From positions 5,093 to 69,092 of the forward strand of contig JAEDKA010000003.1 in NCBI GenBank assembly GCA_016296065.1: a DNA stretch of 64,000 bases, given 5' to 3'. The notes beneath the pieces were generated by a model that was given only the letters and a program-made list of their open reading frames with translations, did no database searches and was not told the origin of the DNA. Positions 43,061 through 53,029 of this stretch are shown in pieces; the stretch's first letter is position 1, and each line of letters begins with the position of its first letter. A program made the translations under genes and the position numbers. The DNA is from Kiritimatiellia bacterium. GTDB taxonomy: Bacteria; Verrucomicrobiota; Kiritimatiellia; RFP12; UBA1067.

Positions 43061-45414
43061 CGTGCAAGAAGTCTGGCACGCGAAAGCATGGAACGTTCGC
43101 CGGACTTGAGAGGAACCTTGATCCACCCAAGGGAGGGCGTCTCGCCGGAAAGCGGACGCCTTCTTTCTTCCTTCGTCTCGGCGAGAACGGACACCGTCGT
43201 GTCCCATGCCGTCGTGTTGACGAGCTCCAGCGATCCGTCGATCCAACGCGCCTCGATGCGGTCGATTGCGCGAACATCGGCGGAGTCTCCGTCTAGAAGC
43301 ACGTAGACTCCGGGATTCTCCATCATCTCCATCGCGACGGTCGAGCACCAGTTCAAGTTCGAGTCCCCTTCGTCGATCGAGTTGCCGATTCCGGAGCGCT
43401 CCTCCCAGTCGCCGGTGTTGACGCGCTCGCTCACCGCGCCGTTCGTTCCGTCGGGGATGACGGGATGCAGCGGAGTATGCACGTACTGCCCGCAACCGCG
43501 CGCGCTGTCGCGCATGAGCTCGAACACCCGAACGTCGTCCGTAGCCCTCCAGACGCGAAGGAAGACGTCATGGCCCCAGAAGAACGGACCAGGCGCGCCG
43601 TGGCGGTTCTGAAGGTTCGCCCACACGGCGCCGGTCGTATGCGTGCCGAGGCGACCTTCGCGCGAGTCGGGCGGGAGCGGATAGTCCCACGCGTCGACCC
43701 ATGTCGCGTACAACGCCACCGCGTCGCGCGCGGCCTTGAGCCACTTTACGTCGCCCGTGTTCTCCCACAGGCGCTCGAAACTGACGGCGAGTTCGCCGAT
43801 GGACTCGCTGTCCGGACACTGCAGCGCCTCGCACGGTCCGCCACCCGAATAACCCTTTTCGAGGTGATTCTTGAGAAAATAGTCCCCGATCTCCGCCGCA
43901 GCTGCGGCGTACATTCCTCCGCCGAACTCCCGCTCGCACAGCAGCAGCGCCGCCGGAACGAGCGCGCCGTTAGTCGAGTTCCACGTCACGATGCGGCCGG
44001 TATCCGCGTCAAGGAAGTGCCCGAGCTGTCCGTTCTCCTTCCACACCTTCACGAGCGCGTCGGCGGCGCGGCGGCACATTTCGCGCCACTCCGCGCGGAC
44101 CGGATAGCCCAGGCGCTCCATCGCGCGAACCTGCTGCAGGACGGCGCATATCGCAACGGACTGCCGGCGGACCATTGTGTGGACGCGGTACTTCACCGGA
44201 TCGGGATACGCATCGCCGAAAATCTCCTTCCCGCGGCGAATGGCGTAGAAGAATCCACTCGCGCCCTGCATGGACTCCATCGCGTCGAAGGTGCGGGAGA
44301 CACGGCGGATACGCTCCGCATTCGGGGCGAGGACGTACGGAAGCGAGTGGTGTGGAGCACCGCACCATCCGATCTGTAGATGCCAGAAGATGCAGTCGGA
44401 GTCAGGCTTGTCGGCGATGTACTCTACGCCGTCTTTCGAATACCACTTGTCGGCGTCGTAGTGTCCGAGAACATACTCACAGAGCTTTCCGAAAGGCTCT
44501 ATGCGCGGACTCTCCCCCCGCGGCGTGATGTCCTTGCGGTGCGAGAAGACGAAGTCGAGGTATTCGTTCACGTCGGCGGCGCTGCACTCGAGGCGGAGAA
44601 TGCCGAGCGGAACCTTGCGCGCGGGGTCGGCGGGACGGTCGTCGGACGGCACGAAGCGAGTCATCCTGTACATGCGCGAGCGCACGCCCGGCGCGGAGAC
44701 GCGGAATGTGCACTTCCCGGATGCGGGATCCTCCTCAATGGCAAACCCAGTCTCGCCGGCTTCAGTGAATGGATCCGCAAGGATCACGACGCCCCTTCTG
44801 GCCCGCGGATCGAACCAGCCGAGGAGCGGAGCGGACGAGTCGCCCGCAAGCCACTCGATCTTCGCCGGGGCGCCGTCCGTCGAAAGACGGTAGAGGTCCG
44901 CCATCGTCACCGGCATGTCGGGAGAGCTTTCGAGGAGGTACGGCGGATACTTCATCGGCACGACGCGGAAGCGGTTCCCGCCGTAGCACACGGTCGGCGC
45001 GAACGGCCAGCAGTTGGTGGTCCATCCTGAAACCGTCTCCTCGTAGACGTTCGTCACGACGAACGACCTGCCGTTCTCCGCCGTCGGCGCGGCCGACGCG
45101 AAGGGAGCGGACAGGAGCAGCGCGGCCGCGAGCGTCGGAGCCGCAGCGCGCGACGCGGCGATGTCGAAGCGCCGGTTGCGGAAATAGAGCGCAATGTCGA
45201 CTGCAACGACGAAGAACAGAGCGACATACATCCAGATCACCCAGTTGCAGTCGTTGAGGATCTTGTGGACGATTCCGAAGACGTATCCAAGCTCGACAAG
45301 CAGCATGAACATTATGCTCTTTCCTTTCGCGCTCCTGGAGCGCAGTGACTTCGCAATTGAAAACGGCCACGAGAAGCCAAAGCAAACCAGCATCATGAAT
45401 TCAAATATGCCCAT
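43057..45414 (-). CDS. PQ-loop/SemiSWEET-like 3-TM module fused to a large (alpha/alpha)-toroid-like putative glycan-processing domain
   Basis: The N-terminal 85 aa (FGFSWPFSIAKSLRSRSAKGKSIMFMLLVELGYVFGIV...) align by eye with bacterial SemiSWEETs. A fourth hydrophobic segment follows, then ~680 aa I cannot assign to a family. Confidence 0.5.
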   Translation of the reverse strand: MGIFEFMMLVCFGFSWPFSIAKSLRSRSAKGKSIMFMLLVELGYVFGIVHKILNDCNWVIWMYVALFFVVAVDIALYFRNRRFDIAASRAAAPTLAAALLLSAPFASAAPTAENGRSFVVTNVYEETVSGWTTNCWPFAPTVCYGGNRFRVVPMKYPPYLLESSPDMPVTMADLYRLSTDGAPAKIEWLAGDSSAPLLGWFDPRARRGVVILADPFTEAGETGFAIEEDPASGKCTFRVSAPGVRSRMYRMTRFVPSDDRPADPARKVPLGILRLECSAADVNEYLDFVFSHRKDITPRGESPRIEPFGKLCEYVLGHYDADKWYSKDGVEYIADKPDSDCIFWHLQIGWCGAPHHSLPYVLAPNAERIRRVSRTFDAMESMQGASGFFYAIRRGKEIFGDAYPDPVKYRVHTMVRRQSVAICAVLQQVRAMERLGYPVRAEWREMCRRAADALVKVWKENGQLGHFLDADTGRIVTWNSTNGALVPAALLLCEREFGGGMYAAAAAEIGDYFLKNHLEKGYSGGGPCEALQCPDSESIGELAVSFERLWENTGDVKWLKAARDAVALYATWVDAWDYPLPPDSREGRLGTHTTGAVWANLQNRHGAPGPFFWGHDVFLRVWRATDDVRVFELMRDSARGCGQYVHTPLHPVIPDGTNGAVSERVNTGDWEERSGIGNSIDEGDSNLNWCSTVAMEMMENPGVYVLLDGDSADVRAIDRIEARWIDGSLELVNTTAWDTTVSVLAETKEERRRPLSGETPSLGWIKVPLKSGERSMLSRARLLAR

Positions 45415-45449
45415 TGTATATTGCCTTTTTCAACTCTTCGACATTGCCA

Positions 45450-46343
45450 TCACAAATCCCTTGACCGCATGAGGGCAAGCCCGGCGATGGCGGCGGCAAG
45501 CACTGCGGGGAGAGCGGCAAGCGCCGCCACGGCGACATAGGACGCGGGGATAGTACCGTCGCCCGAAAGAGCTTCGGAGAGGCAGTAGTTTCCGGCGAAC
45601 GGAATGAACGCGCACACGAGGAGCGCAGAGACCGCCGTCGCCGCGTTGGTCCTGAGACGCACTGCCGCGGCCGACGCGGCGGCGGCGAAGAACGCAGGGG
45701 GAATCCAGAGAAGCACTATCGCCGGAAGTAGCCGCGCGATGCCCTCAAAGTCCGGACGGTACGCGACGGACGCGACGGATATCGCAACGGTGGAGAGAAA
45801 CGCGCTAAGTGCGAAGCGGAAGTTCGCCGCACGGTTGAGGACTGCTCCGATCACGTACGGAGCGACCACAGCCGCAACGCCGAGGGCGTAGGACGGCCCC
45901 CACAGACGCGGAATGTCGCCGGTCTTCCTTGCCACGACCGCGCCTATGCTTGCACCGTTCACGATCGTCGCCGTTACCGCTCCTAGCGCGACTGCGAAGA
46001 GCGCGAACGCGGCAAATGCGCCGCACGCCTTTGCAAGAAAGAACTGCGCACGGGAGACTGGATGCGACAGCACGACGGCAGCGGTTCCGCTTTCAAGCTC
46101 GCGGCGCATGGACCGCACTGCGCCGGAGACGACAAAGACTGTCCCGCCGATCAGCAGCGCGGAAAGTCCCGCATCGCGCGCCATGCGCGTCGCCTCGCCG
46201 AACTGGTGGTAGTGGAAGGCGGGAGCGAACACCGCGAGCGCAAGCGCGGCGGACAATAGCAAAAGCGACAGCGGCTCGCTGATGATCTCGAGCGCCGTCG
46301 CTTTCGTGATCGAGACAAAACGCCTCACTGTCCCCATCCGCAT
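45450..46343 (-). CDS. polytopic membrane protein (ABC-2-permease-like)
   Basis: 297-aa ORF with about 6 hydrophobic helices. No ATPase partner lies nearby. Confidence 0.45.
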   Translation of the reverse strand: MRMGTVRRFVSITKATALEIISEPLSLLLLSAALALAVFAPAFHYHQFGEATRMARDAGLSALLIGGTVFVVSGAVRSMRRELESGTAAVVLSHPVSRAQFFLAKACGAFAAFALFAVALGAVTATIVNGASIGAVVARKTGDIPRLWGPSYALGVAAVVAPYVIGAVLNRAANFRFALSAFLSTVAISVASVAYRPDFEGIARLLPAIVLLWIPPAFFAAAASAAAVRLRTNAATAVSALLVCAFIPFAGNYCLSEALSGDGTIPASYVAVAALAALPAVLAAAIAGLALMRSRDL

Positions 46344-47185
46344 CCGCCGCAGTAGAGCGGAAGGTGCAGATCCTGCCAGAAATAGTACCAGCCGAGGATA
46401 CCAATCGTCACGCAGGCTGCGATCTGGACGATGAGGCTGGCGATGTTCGTGCCCTTAGAGACGTCAGGAATCGCATCGGCCGGAATCTCGGGAGCCGCGA
46501 ACTTCGGCTGGTTGGCGGGCATGTCGGGAATGTCGGCGACATCCGGGATGTCGGCAACCTCTCCTTCCGCCGCACCGCCGGAGGTCGGCTTCTTGACGCC
46601 GAACTTGCCGGTGGGACGCACCGCACCGGGGCGCGAGATCTTGAGCGTCTTGCGCTGCGTGAGCGTGGGCTTCGCGGGCTCTTCCGCCACGGGGGCGGCA
46701 GGAGCAGGCTCGGGAGCTGGAATAGACGCCGTCTTCGAAATCGCGTCCGGACGCTTTATGCGGATCGTCTTCATCGGCGCTGCCTCGTTCTGCACAGGAG
46801 CAACACCCATCGCGTCGGAGAGCGAGATACGGGCCGTGCGGGACTTCGCCGCCTGCTTCTGCTGCTCCGTAAGGTCCTGGTCTGCAATGATGCCCGTCTT
46901 GTGGAGAATTGCCTGCTGCGGAATCTCCTGCGTGACGCCCTTGAGCTTCTGAGTGACGCTCTTTAGCTGCTCCATCGCGCCCCCCTCGGCGGGTGCGACA
47001 GGCGAAGGGGCCTGCGTGGGAAGCTTCATCCCGGGCTTGATCAACGGACGTGCAGTGCCGGTTCCGCCAAGCGTAGGCTTGCGGATGACGGGCTTTAGCT
47101 TAAGCGTCGACGCGCGAGGACGCGAAAGCGGGTTCGCGGGCGGCGGCTCGGAGCCGGAAACAGGTGTCATGTTCTCTTCTGCCAT
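46325..47185 (-). CDS. Pro/Ala-rich hypothetical protein with C-terminal TM helix
   Basis: GGAGG SD 6 nt upstream of the ATG. The low-complexity body ends in IVQIAACVTIGILGWYYFW...CGGCGWGQ. Confidence 0.5.
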   Translation of the reverse strand: MAEENMTPVSGSEPPPANPLSRPRASTLKLKPVIRKPTLGGTGTARPLIKPGMKLPTQAPSPVAPAEGGAMEQLKSVTQKLKGVTQEIPQQAILHKTGIIADQDLTEQQKQAAKSRTARISLSDAMGVAPVQNEAAPMKTIRIKRPDAISKTASIPAPEPAPAAPVAEEPAKPTLTQRKTLKISRPGAVRPTGKFGVKKPTSGGAAEGEVADIPDVADIPDMPANQPKFAAPEIPADAIPDVSKGTNIASLIVQIAACVTIGILGWYYFWQDLHLPLYCGGCGWGQ

Positions 47186-47239
47186 GTCAGACCTCCATTT
47201 TTAAGCGTTAACTTGAAACTTCAAACTTCATTAACCGAG

Positions 47240-47803
47240 TCAAACCGCCATCACCTCGGCCTCCTTGGCCTTCAGCTCTGCGTCGATCTTCGCGATGCCG
47301 TCGTCCGTCGCCTTCTGGATCTTGTCCAGCGCGGACTTCAGGTCGTCCTCGGAAATCTTCTTGTCTTTCTCGAGCTTCTTCGCGGCGTCGTTCGCGTCGC
47401 GGCGGACGTTGCGCATCGCGACCTTCTGGGCCTCGGCCTGCGTCTTCGCCGTCTTGACGATCTCCTTGCGGCGCTCCTCGTTGAGCTCGGGAACCGTGAT
47501 GCGCACGACCTTGCCGTCGCTCTGGGGCGTCACGCCGATGTTGGCGGCGAGAATCGCCTTCATGATTCCGTCGATCGTCGAAGGATCGAACGGAGTAATC
47601 TTGATCTGGCGCGGCTCGGGCGTCGAAATCGTCGCAATGTTCTTGAGGGGCTGTTTCGAGCCCCAGGCCTCGGCCTGGATGCCGTCAACCATCGCCGGGC
47701 TGGCCTTGCCGGTCCTGAGTCCGGCAAACTGCGATTTTAGCGTCTCGAAGCTCTTGCCGATCTTCGACGTTGCGTCATTCAAGACTTCCTGAACTGTCTC
47801 CAT
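47240..47803 (-). CDS. frr: ribosome recycling factor
   Basis: Full-length match of the pattern, including LRTGKASPAMVDGI. 187 aa. Confidence 0.95.
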   Translation of the reverse strand: METVQEVLNDATSKIGKSFETLKSQFAGLRTGKASPAMVDGIQAEAWGSKQPLKNIATISTPEPRQIKITPFDPSTIDGIMKAILAANIGVTPQSDGKVVRITVPELNEERRKEIVKTAKTQAEAQKVAMRNVRRDANDAAKKLEKDKKISEDDLKSALDKIQKATDDGIAKIDAELKAKEAEVMAV

Positions 47804-47850
47804 GTCTTTCTTGCCTTTCTACGGTATTTCCACTTTTCTGCTTTCAGCTT

Positions 47851-48579
47851 TCAACTTACCACGGTGCCGACCGTCTTGCCGCGCACGACGCCTTCAAGCG
47901 CCTTCGGGTCGAAGAAGTCAAAAACTATGATCGGGATGTTGTTGTCCATGCAAAGCGCAAAAGCCGCGGAGTCCATGACCTTGAGCCGTTTCTCCAGCGC
48001 CGTCTCGTACTTGAGCGAACCGTACTTCTTCGCGTTCGGATCCTTCTTCGGGTCTGCCGTGTAGATGCCGTCGACCTTCGTCGCCTTGAGAAGAGCGTCA
48101 GCGCCAATCTCGCTCGCCTTGAGCGCCGCGGCGGAGTCGGTCGAGAAGTAGGGATTTCCAGTGCCGCCGCCGAAAATCACGACGCGGCCCTTCTCGAAGT
48201 GCCTGAGCGCGCGACGCTGGATGAATGGCTCCGCGAGCTTGGGCATCTCGATCGAAGTCATCACGCGCGTGGGCACGCCGATGGACTCGAGCGCATTCAT
48301 CATCGCGAGTGCGTTGATGATCGTCGCGAGCATTCCCATCGAGTCGCCTGTGACTCGGTTGACACCCTTGCCAGCACCCGTGAGACCGCGAAAGATATTG
48401 CCGCCGCCAAGAACGATGCCGACCTCCACGCCCATGGAGTGTATCTTCTTGATCCGCTCCGCCATGAAAGCAAGATTACCCGGGTCGATGCACTCGCCCG
48501 TTTCCTTGTTGCCAAGCACTTCCCCGGACAGTTTCAGGAGTATCCGGTGATACTTGACTTTACATGCAGTTTTTTTCAC
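47851..48579 (-). CDS. pyrH: UMP kinase
   Basis: RILLKLSGE and GGGNIFRG. Start trimmed to GTG 48579, which sits 7 nt after TGCTATAAT. Confidence 0.9.
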   Translation of the reverse strand: MKKTACKVKYHRILLKLSGEVLGNKETGECIDPGNLAFMAERIKKIHSMGVEVGIVLGGGNIFRGLTGAGKGVNRVTGDSMGMLATIINALAMMNALESIGVPTRVMTSIEMPKLAEPFIQRRALRHFEKGRVVIFGGGTGNPYFSTDSAAALKASEIGADALLKATKVDGIYTADPKKDPNAKKYGSLKYETALEKRLKVMDSAAFALCMDNNIPIIVFDFFDPKALEGVVRGKTVGTVVS

Positions 48580-48586
48580 ATTGGGA

Positions 48587-48595
48587 ATTATAGCA
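48587..48595 (-). promoter_or_regulatory. extended -10 TGCTATAAT, 7 nt from the pyrH GTG (leaderless)
   Basis: Minus strand reads TTTTTGCTATAAT-TCCCAAT-GTG. Confidence 0.5.
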
Positions 48596-48671
48596 AAAAT
48601 GCGCTGCGCCGACAATACAGCCCAGGGAAGATTTTTCGGAGACATCCCGATCCTGCCAAACCGGCCGCCGG

Positions 48672-49190
48672 TCATTCGGGGAAGCTCTCGACTACGGTAG
48701 CGATCAGCCACGGACCCTTGGTACGGCCGAGGAGCGCGGACCAGAACCAGCTCGGGACGTCTGGCAGCGTCGAGCCGTCCGCGGCGCGAATCTGCTCGCG
48801 CACTACAAGCGACTCGCCGCCCTTCTCCGCGCGGAAGCGCGACCACTCGCCGGAATCGAGCCGCTCCATGGGCAGCGGCTCGACGGACCATCCGCTCGCC
48901 GCAAGACACGTTGCAGCGCTATGCACGCGGTGGGTCGCACGGTCCGTCTCGCGCAGGATCACTACCTTGCCGCCTGCGGTGTAGCGTCCGATCTTCCCCG
49001 GGAACCCCTCCGCAAACGCCGCCTCGCGCTCCGTGAGCGGCTCCTCGACTAGACGAGCGCCTTCGAAGGTGGTTGGAGCAATGGGGTTGCGTCCTTCGGC
49101 CCGAAGGACCTCGGACCTTGACGCGCGGGGCGAACCGCGGAACACGAGCAGCGCGGCGGCGATGAACAACACCCAGGCGAGGCGTCTCAT
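48672..49190 (-). CDS. EpsI-like exosortase-associated protein
   Basis: Start trimmed to [17 protein letters not shown]. It has one N-terminal TM helix plus a ~150-aa domain. ATGA overlap with the exosortase stop. Confidence 0.5.
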   Translation of the reverse strand: MRRLAWVLFIAAALLVFRGSPRASRSEVLRAEGRNPIAPTTFEGARLVEEPLTEREAAFAEGFPGKIGRYTAGGKVVILRETDRATHRVHSAATCLAASGWSVEPLPMERLDSGEWSRFRAEKGGESLVVREQIRAADGSTLPDVPSWFWSALLGRTKGPWLIATVVESFPE

Positions 49191-50014
49191 TTCGACCTCC
49201 CCGAAATGAAATGGGCCAAGAGCGCGATTGCGACGATTGCCGGCACGAGCAGAACGCAGCCGACGGCGGAATGCGCGCCCCGCGAAAGTTCGGTGCCGCG
49301 CAGCGCGAACGCGGTGAGCGCGACTATGCGCGCGACATTCGCGACGAGAACGGCGAATAAAGCCACGACCGCAAGGAGCGCTGTGCGCCACCAGTTCAGC
49401 CTGAACAGCGCGGCAAGCACGAACGCCGTCAACGCTCCGGCCCCGAGCATGTGCACTCCCGCGCACGGGACGTCAACCCAGACCGACGTTCCCCCGACTG
49501 CGATCTCGAGCCCCGTCTGCACGACAGGCAGTCCCGCAAACCCTAGAAGCGCGACGGCAGCTGCAGTTGCTATGGAACGCAGAGGAAGTCCGAGAAAGAG
49601 ATCGAGTATCATCATCGTCGGAAGGCCCATGAAGGCAAGGCCGAGATACGGACACAGCGGCGCGCCCGTCGGCAGCAGCAGCGGAACACCGCAAAGAATC
49701 GCGAAGACGCCGCTCGCCGTCGGAGGAACCACGCCGCGCAGCAGATGAAACGCCACGAGCCCCGCGGCCGCGAGAATAAGGCTCCATGTCGGCGGAGCGA
49801 GTCCAGGTCCGACATCGGCGGCGCGCGTCATGGTCCGAGGCCCTCCAGGCCGAAGGACAAACCATTCCCTGTCCGCCAGCCCCGCGAGCGCCGCCCACGC
49901 CACGACGTCTATGTCGATCGGCTCGGCGAAGCGGCGCACCCACCACGCCCAGAGAGGCGCGAGAGACGCCGCCCAAACCACGACGGCGGCAATACGCTCG
50001 ACGGCCGGCTTCAT
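49187..50014 (-). CDS. exosortase-family transpeptidase
   Basis: Polytopic, with VDVPCAGVHML (catalytic Cys region), ANVARIVAL (N..R) and GAHSAVG (His). ATGA overlaps occur at both ends. Confidence 0.7.
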   Translation of the reverse strand: MKPAVERIAAVVVWAASLAPLWAWWVRRFAEPIDIDVVAWAALAGLADREWFVLRPGGPRTMTRAADVGPGLAPPTWSLILAAAGLVAFHLLRGVVPPTASGVFAILCGVPLLLPTGAPLCPYLGLAFMGLPTMMILDLFLGLPLRSIATAAAVALLGFAGLPVVQTGLEIAVGGTSVWVDVPCAGVHMLGAGALTAFVLAALFRLNWWRTALLAVVALFAVLVANVARIVALTAFALRGTELSRGAHSAVGCVLLVPAIVAIALLAHFISGRSK

Positions 50015-52239
50015 GCGCGGCGCGCGGCGCGGCGGCGGAGCGCCATGACGCAGAGAAGGACGCAGAACGCAATCGCGAGGCACAGGACGGACGACGGCTC
50101 GGGAACGGTCGGCACGCTCTCCGCGTTCACCTGTTTGAGACCGTTGTCCTCGTACTGCTGCTGCGACTCGAGCACCACCGCGCCGGTCACTGGCGTCACG
50201 ATGTGCCACGGGAGCGACAGCTCCTGCGCGACGCTTAGCGTCGTCGGATGTCCAGGCTTGTAGAGAAGCGCTGTCTCCTCTGCGGCCCAGAGGCGACCGA
50301 GGTGCTTCGACGCCAGCGGCGCGCCCTGCGGCACCTCGTTCTTCGCGACCTTCTCGCGCGTCGCGCGCCAGCCCTCGCCACTGAGCGCGGACGCGACAAT
50401 CCCCGACTTGCCGAAGGTTCCGTCCCTGCGCGCGGCGAGCGCTTCGGAAGTCAACGAGACGACGCGCTCCGACTGCGGGAGAGATTCGAGGATGGCGCAC
50501 GGCCCTTCAGTCACCTGAAGATCGAAGAAACGGACCTTCTCCGCCTTGTTGAGCGCAGCCGCTAGCGCGTCGCCTGTCTCGTCCGCGACGGGCTGCGGAC
50601 CGTGCACCCATACGAGCGCGGCAGATTCGCCGCGCTTGCCGAGAGAGGCGACGGCCTTGAGGAGCGTGCGCAGATTGGGTCGTCCGCCGACGCACTTGAG
50701 GTCCTCCGTAAACGCATCCCAGGCGTATTCCGGGACAACGTCGCCGACGATCCAGTGTTCGCGCTGAATGTTCGTCGGGAGAGAGTATATCTCGCGGCAG
50801 ACGGCGGGCATCGCGTCCTTCATCGCCGCGGAAGTGTCTATCACGACCGCAATGCGCTTAGGCTCCCAGCGCTTCTCGACGCCGGAGGTCTGTAGAATCG
50901 CGGAATCTGCAAGCGCTGCGAATCCGTCCTCGGCATAATAGCAATGCTGCGGAAGCGCGCTTTCGAAGGCAACCTGCTCCGCCGCGGGAAGTCCGGGGAG
51001 ATCGGTCGCGACGGCGAAGTTGCGCTCGAGAATAGCGGGGGCGGGGAGGCGCGCGGACTTCCCGTCCGCGGCGACGTCCATCGGGATCGTCACGCCGACG
51101 CGTATCTTCATCTCGCCTCCGCCGCGCGGGACGGGGAAGCACTGGATCTGCACCTGGTCTGGTCCGCACACGTTCACGAGAAGCGGATCGCGGTTCCTGC
51201 GCACGACCGATTCATAGGCGCGGCGGACATCCCCCTTCTTTCCGAACGCGGCCTCGCACTCCTCGCCGTTGATCCAGAGCGTGACGCGGGATACTACCGC
51301 GCCGTGGGGCAGCGCGATCCTCATGCGCGCCTCGCGGTCAGAATGCCAGGTGTTTCCGAATGTCATAGTCCATTCGCCATAGCCGATTCCGGCGGTCTTG
51401 TCGAGCGTCGTCTCCCATGCGGAGCCCTTCATGGAAAGCCCCTCCAGCTCCCCGCCGACCTTCTCGCCGCCGGTGATCATGTCCCAGCTGAAGCCCCTGC
51501 GTCCGCGGCTCCACCAGCCTGCGAGCGCGACGGACGGATCCTCTCCGGTCACGCGGTAGTAGATGCTCGACCCCTCTTCGTGTGAAATCGGATCGCTTCC
51601 GACGATCATCTTCGTGAGCGACACCTGGAATGGACCGCGAGAATATCCGCGGCAGAGCTCCTTGAGGACGTCGGTTCTCGTCGAGATGCGGCAGAGGCGG
51701 ATTCCGCGCTCGGCGGTGGCGGGATCGGACGACCTGGCGAGTTTGACGCCGTACGCCATAAGTCCGCCGTCCGCAAGGAGGATTCCGCACACGGCGAGCG
51801 CGGCAAATGCGCCGCGCCAGAAGCCAGGGCCCTTGGCGAGGCGGTGCCGGAGAATGAGCGCGGTCAAGAACGCGAAGAACGGAGCGCACGGGAGGAGTCC
51901 GATAAGCCCTACGCCGAAATACCAGAAGAACAGGCAAGCCAGGACGATTCCGAAGAACGAGAGCGGCGCAAACAAGATCGCGTACATCACCGAAACGACG
52001 ACCGTGAAGCCGGCGAGTGCGCGGAGCCACGTGCTGTCGCGTCCCTTCTCGTCTTTGACGGCGAGTAAAAGGAGGAGGTTTGCGATCGGGACGGACGCGA
52101 CAAGCGCGCCGTGTATCCACGTCGGCATCGGGTCGACGCCGATCTCCGAACACATTCCCGTCGACAGCTCCGTCACGAACGCCGCCGCGGGGAGAATTAC
52201 GCCGAATATGACAAGAAGCACTTTGTTCACTGTTTTCAT
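50011..52239 (-). CDS. multi-TM VIT + vWA domain protein with PEP-CTERM sorting signal
   Basis: Start trimmed to MKTVNKVLLVIFG. About 6 N-terminal TM helices. VIT-like LPHGAVVSRVTLWINGEECEAAF, vWA-like RIAVVIDTSAAM, and C-terminal VPEPSSVLCLAIAFCVLLCVMALRRRAARRA. Confidence 0.7.
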   Translation of the reverse strand: MKTVNKVLLVIFGVILPAAAFVTELSTGMCSEIGVDPMPTWIHGALVASVPIANLLLLLAVKDEKGRDSTWLRALAGFTVVVSVMYAILFAPLSFFGIVLACLFFWYFGVGLIGLLPCAPFFAFLTALILRHRLAKGPGFWRGAFAALAVCGILLADGGLMAYGVKLARSSDPATAERGIRLCRISTRTDVLKELCRGYSRGPFQVSLTKMIVGSDPISHEEGSSIYYRVTGEDPSVALAGWWSRGRRGFSWDMITGGEKVGGELEGLSMKGSAWETTLDKTAGIGYGEWTMTFGNTWHSDREARMRIALPHGAVVSRVTLWINGEECEAAFGKKGDVRRAYESVVRRNRDPLLVNVCGPDQVQIQCFPVPRGGGEMKIRVGVTIPMDVAADGKSARLPAPAILERNFAVATDLPGLPAAEQVAFESALPQHCYYAEDGFAALADSAILQTSGVEKRWEPKRIAVVIDTSAAMKDAMPAVCREIYSLPTNIQREHWIVGDVVPEYAWDAFTEDLKCVGGRPNLRTLLKAVASLGKRGESAALVWVHGPQPVADETGDALAAALNKAEKVRFFDLQVTEGPCAILESLPQSERVVSLTSEALAARRDGTFGKSGIVASALSGEGWRATREKVAKNEVPQGAPLASKHLGRLWAAEETALLYKPGHPTTLSVAQELSLPWHIVTPVTGAVVLESQQQYEDNGLKQVNAESVPTVPEPSSVLCLAIAFCVLLCVMALRRRAARRA

Positions 52240-52405
52240 TTGTTGTTCCTTTCGATTGTATAAATGCACTCCGTCGGCGAAAATGTCACCGCATTTATAT
52301 TTTGCCGCTTCGCGCTTGAGCCGGCCACGACCTTCCCTCGCGGTCATCCTGCGACAGCCGCCCGACGGCCCATATCCCGACGCTCACCATTCGAATGCGG
52401 TCTTG

Positions 52406-53029
52406 TCACTTCGCCTGCCGCACAGCCAGCACCTCGGCGATGTACACGATGTGCAGATCGGCGGCCGAGGAGTACCACTTCTCGAACTGCGCGCGGTCAA
52501 TGAACGACGCCTCCGTCATCGGCTGGCGGTAGAGCGTCCGGCATTCGAGCACGAGGTTCGCTTCCTTGAACGTCGGCGGCTTCACCGCTTCCGACGCGAC
52601 GGGCGTGAGACCGGTGAGCGCCATCTTGTCGCAGTCGCGTCCGCTTTTCGTTCCGCAGACGGTCAGCGCCTTTCTGTATTTCTCGGGGAACGCCGAAAGC
52701 GTGAACTCCGCCCGTGCGTCGAGGAACTCGCGCGTGTACCGCGTCGGACGCACGACGACGGCGACGACTGGCCTGCCCCACATCGTCCCCGCGAATCCCC
52801 AGCTCACGGTCATCGTGTTCCACTTCGCGGAGAAGTCTCCGCCGGTCAGCAGAAACCAGCCCTTGTCAAACTGCGCGAACGGCCTCGCGACGAATTCGGA
52901 GGGCTCGACCCTGTTCATTTCGTTGTCCATTTTCTCTCCTTTTGTCTGTGCAAATATCCGCGGGGCGGCGAATGCCGCTGCACCCGCCACCGCCCCGGAC
53001 ATGAAATCCTTTCTCGACAGATTCTTCAT
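52406..53029 (-). CDS. flavin reductase-like (FMN-binding split barrel) protein with Tat-like signal
   Basis: NTMTVSWGFAGTMWGRPVVAVVVRPTRYTREF and VCGTKSGRDCDK. N-terminal MKNLSRKDFMSGAVAGAAAFAAPRIFAQ. An alternative start is at 52930. Confidence 0.65.
   Translation of the reverse strand: MKNLSRKDFMSGAVAGAAAFAAPRIFAQTKGEKMDNEMNRVEPSEFVARPFAQFDKGWFLLTGGDFSAKWNTMTVSWGFAGTMWGRPVVAVVVRPTRYTREFLDARAEFTLSAFPEKYRKALTVCGTKSGRDCDKMALTGLTPVASEAVKPPTFKEANLVLECRTLYRQPMTEASFIDRAQFEKWYSSAADLHIVYIAEVLAVRQAK

Noticed and set aside
42260-43495. 411-aa minus-strand ORF over the lipoprotein locus
   Set aside because: Arg-rich junk translation. The plus-strand ORF has a promoter, an SD-like site and a lipobox.
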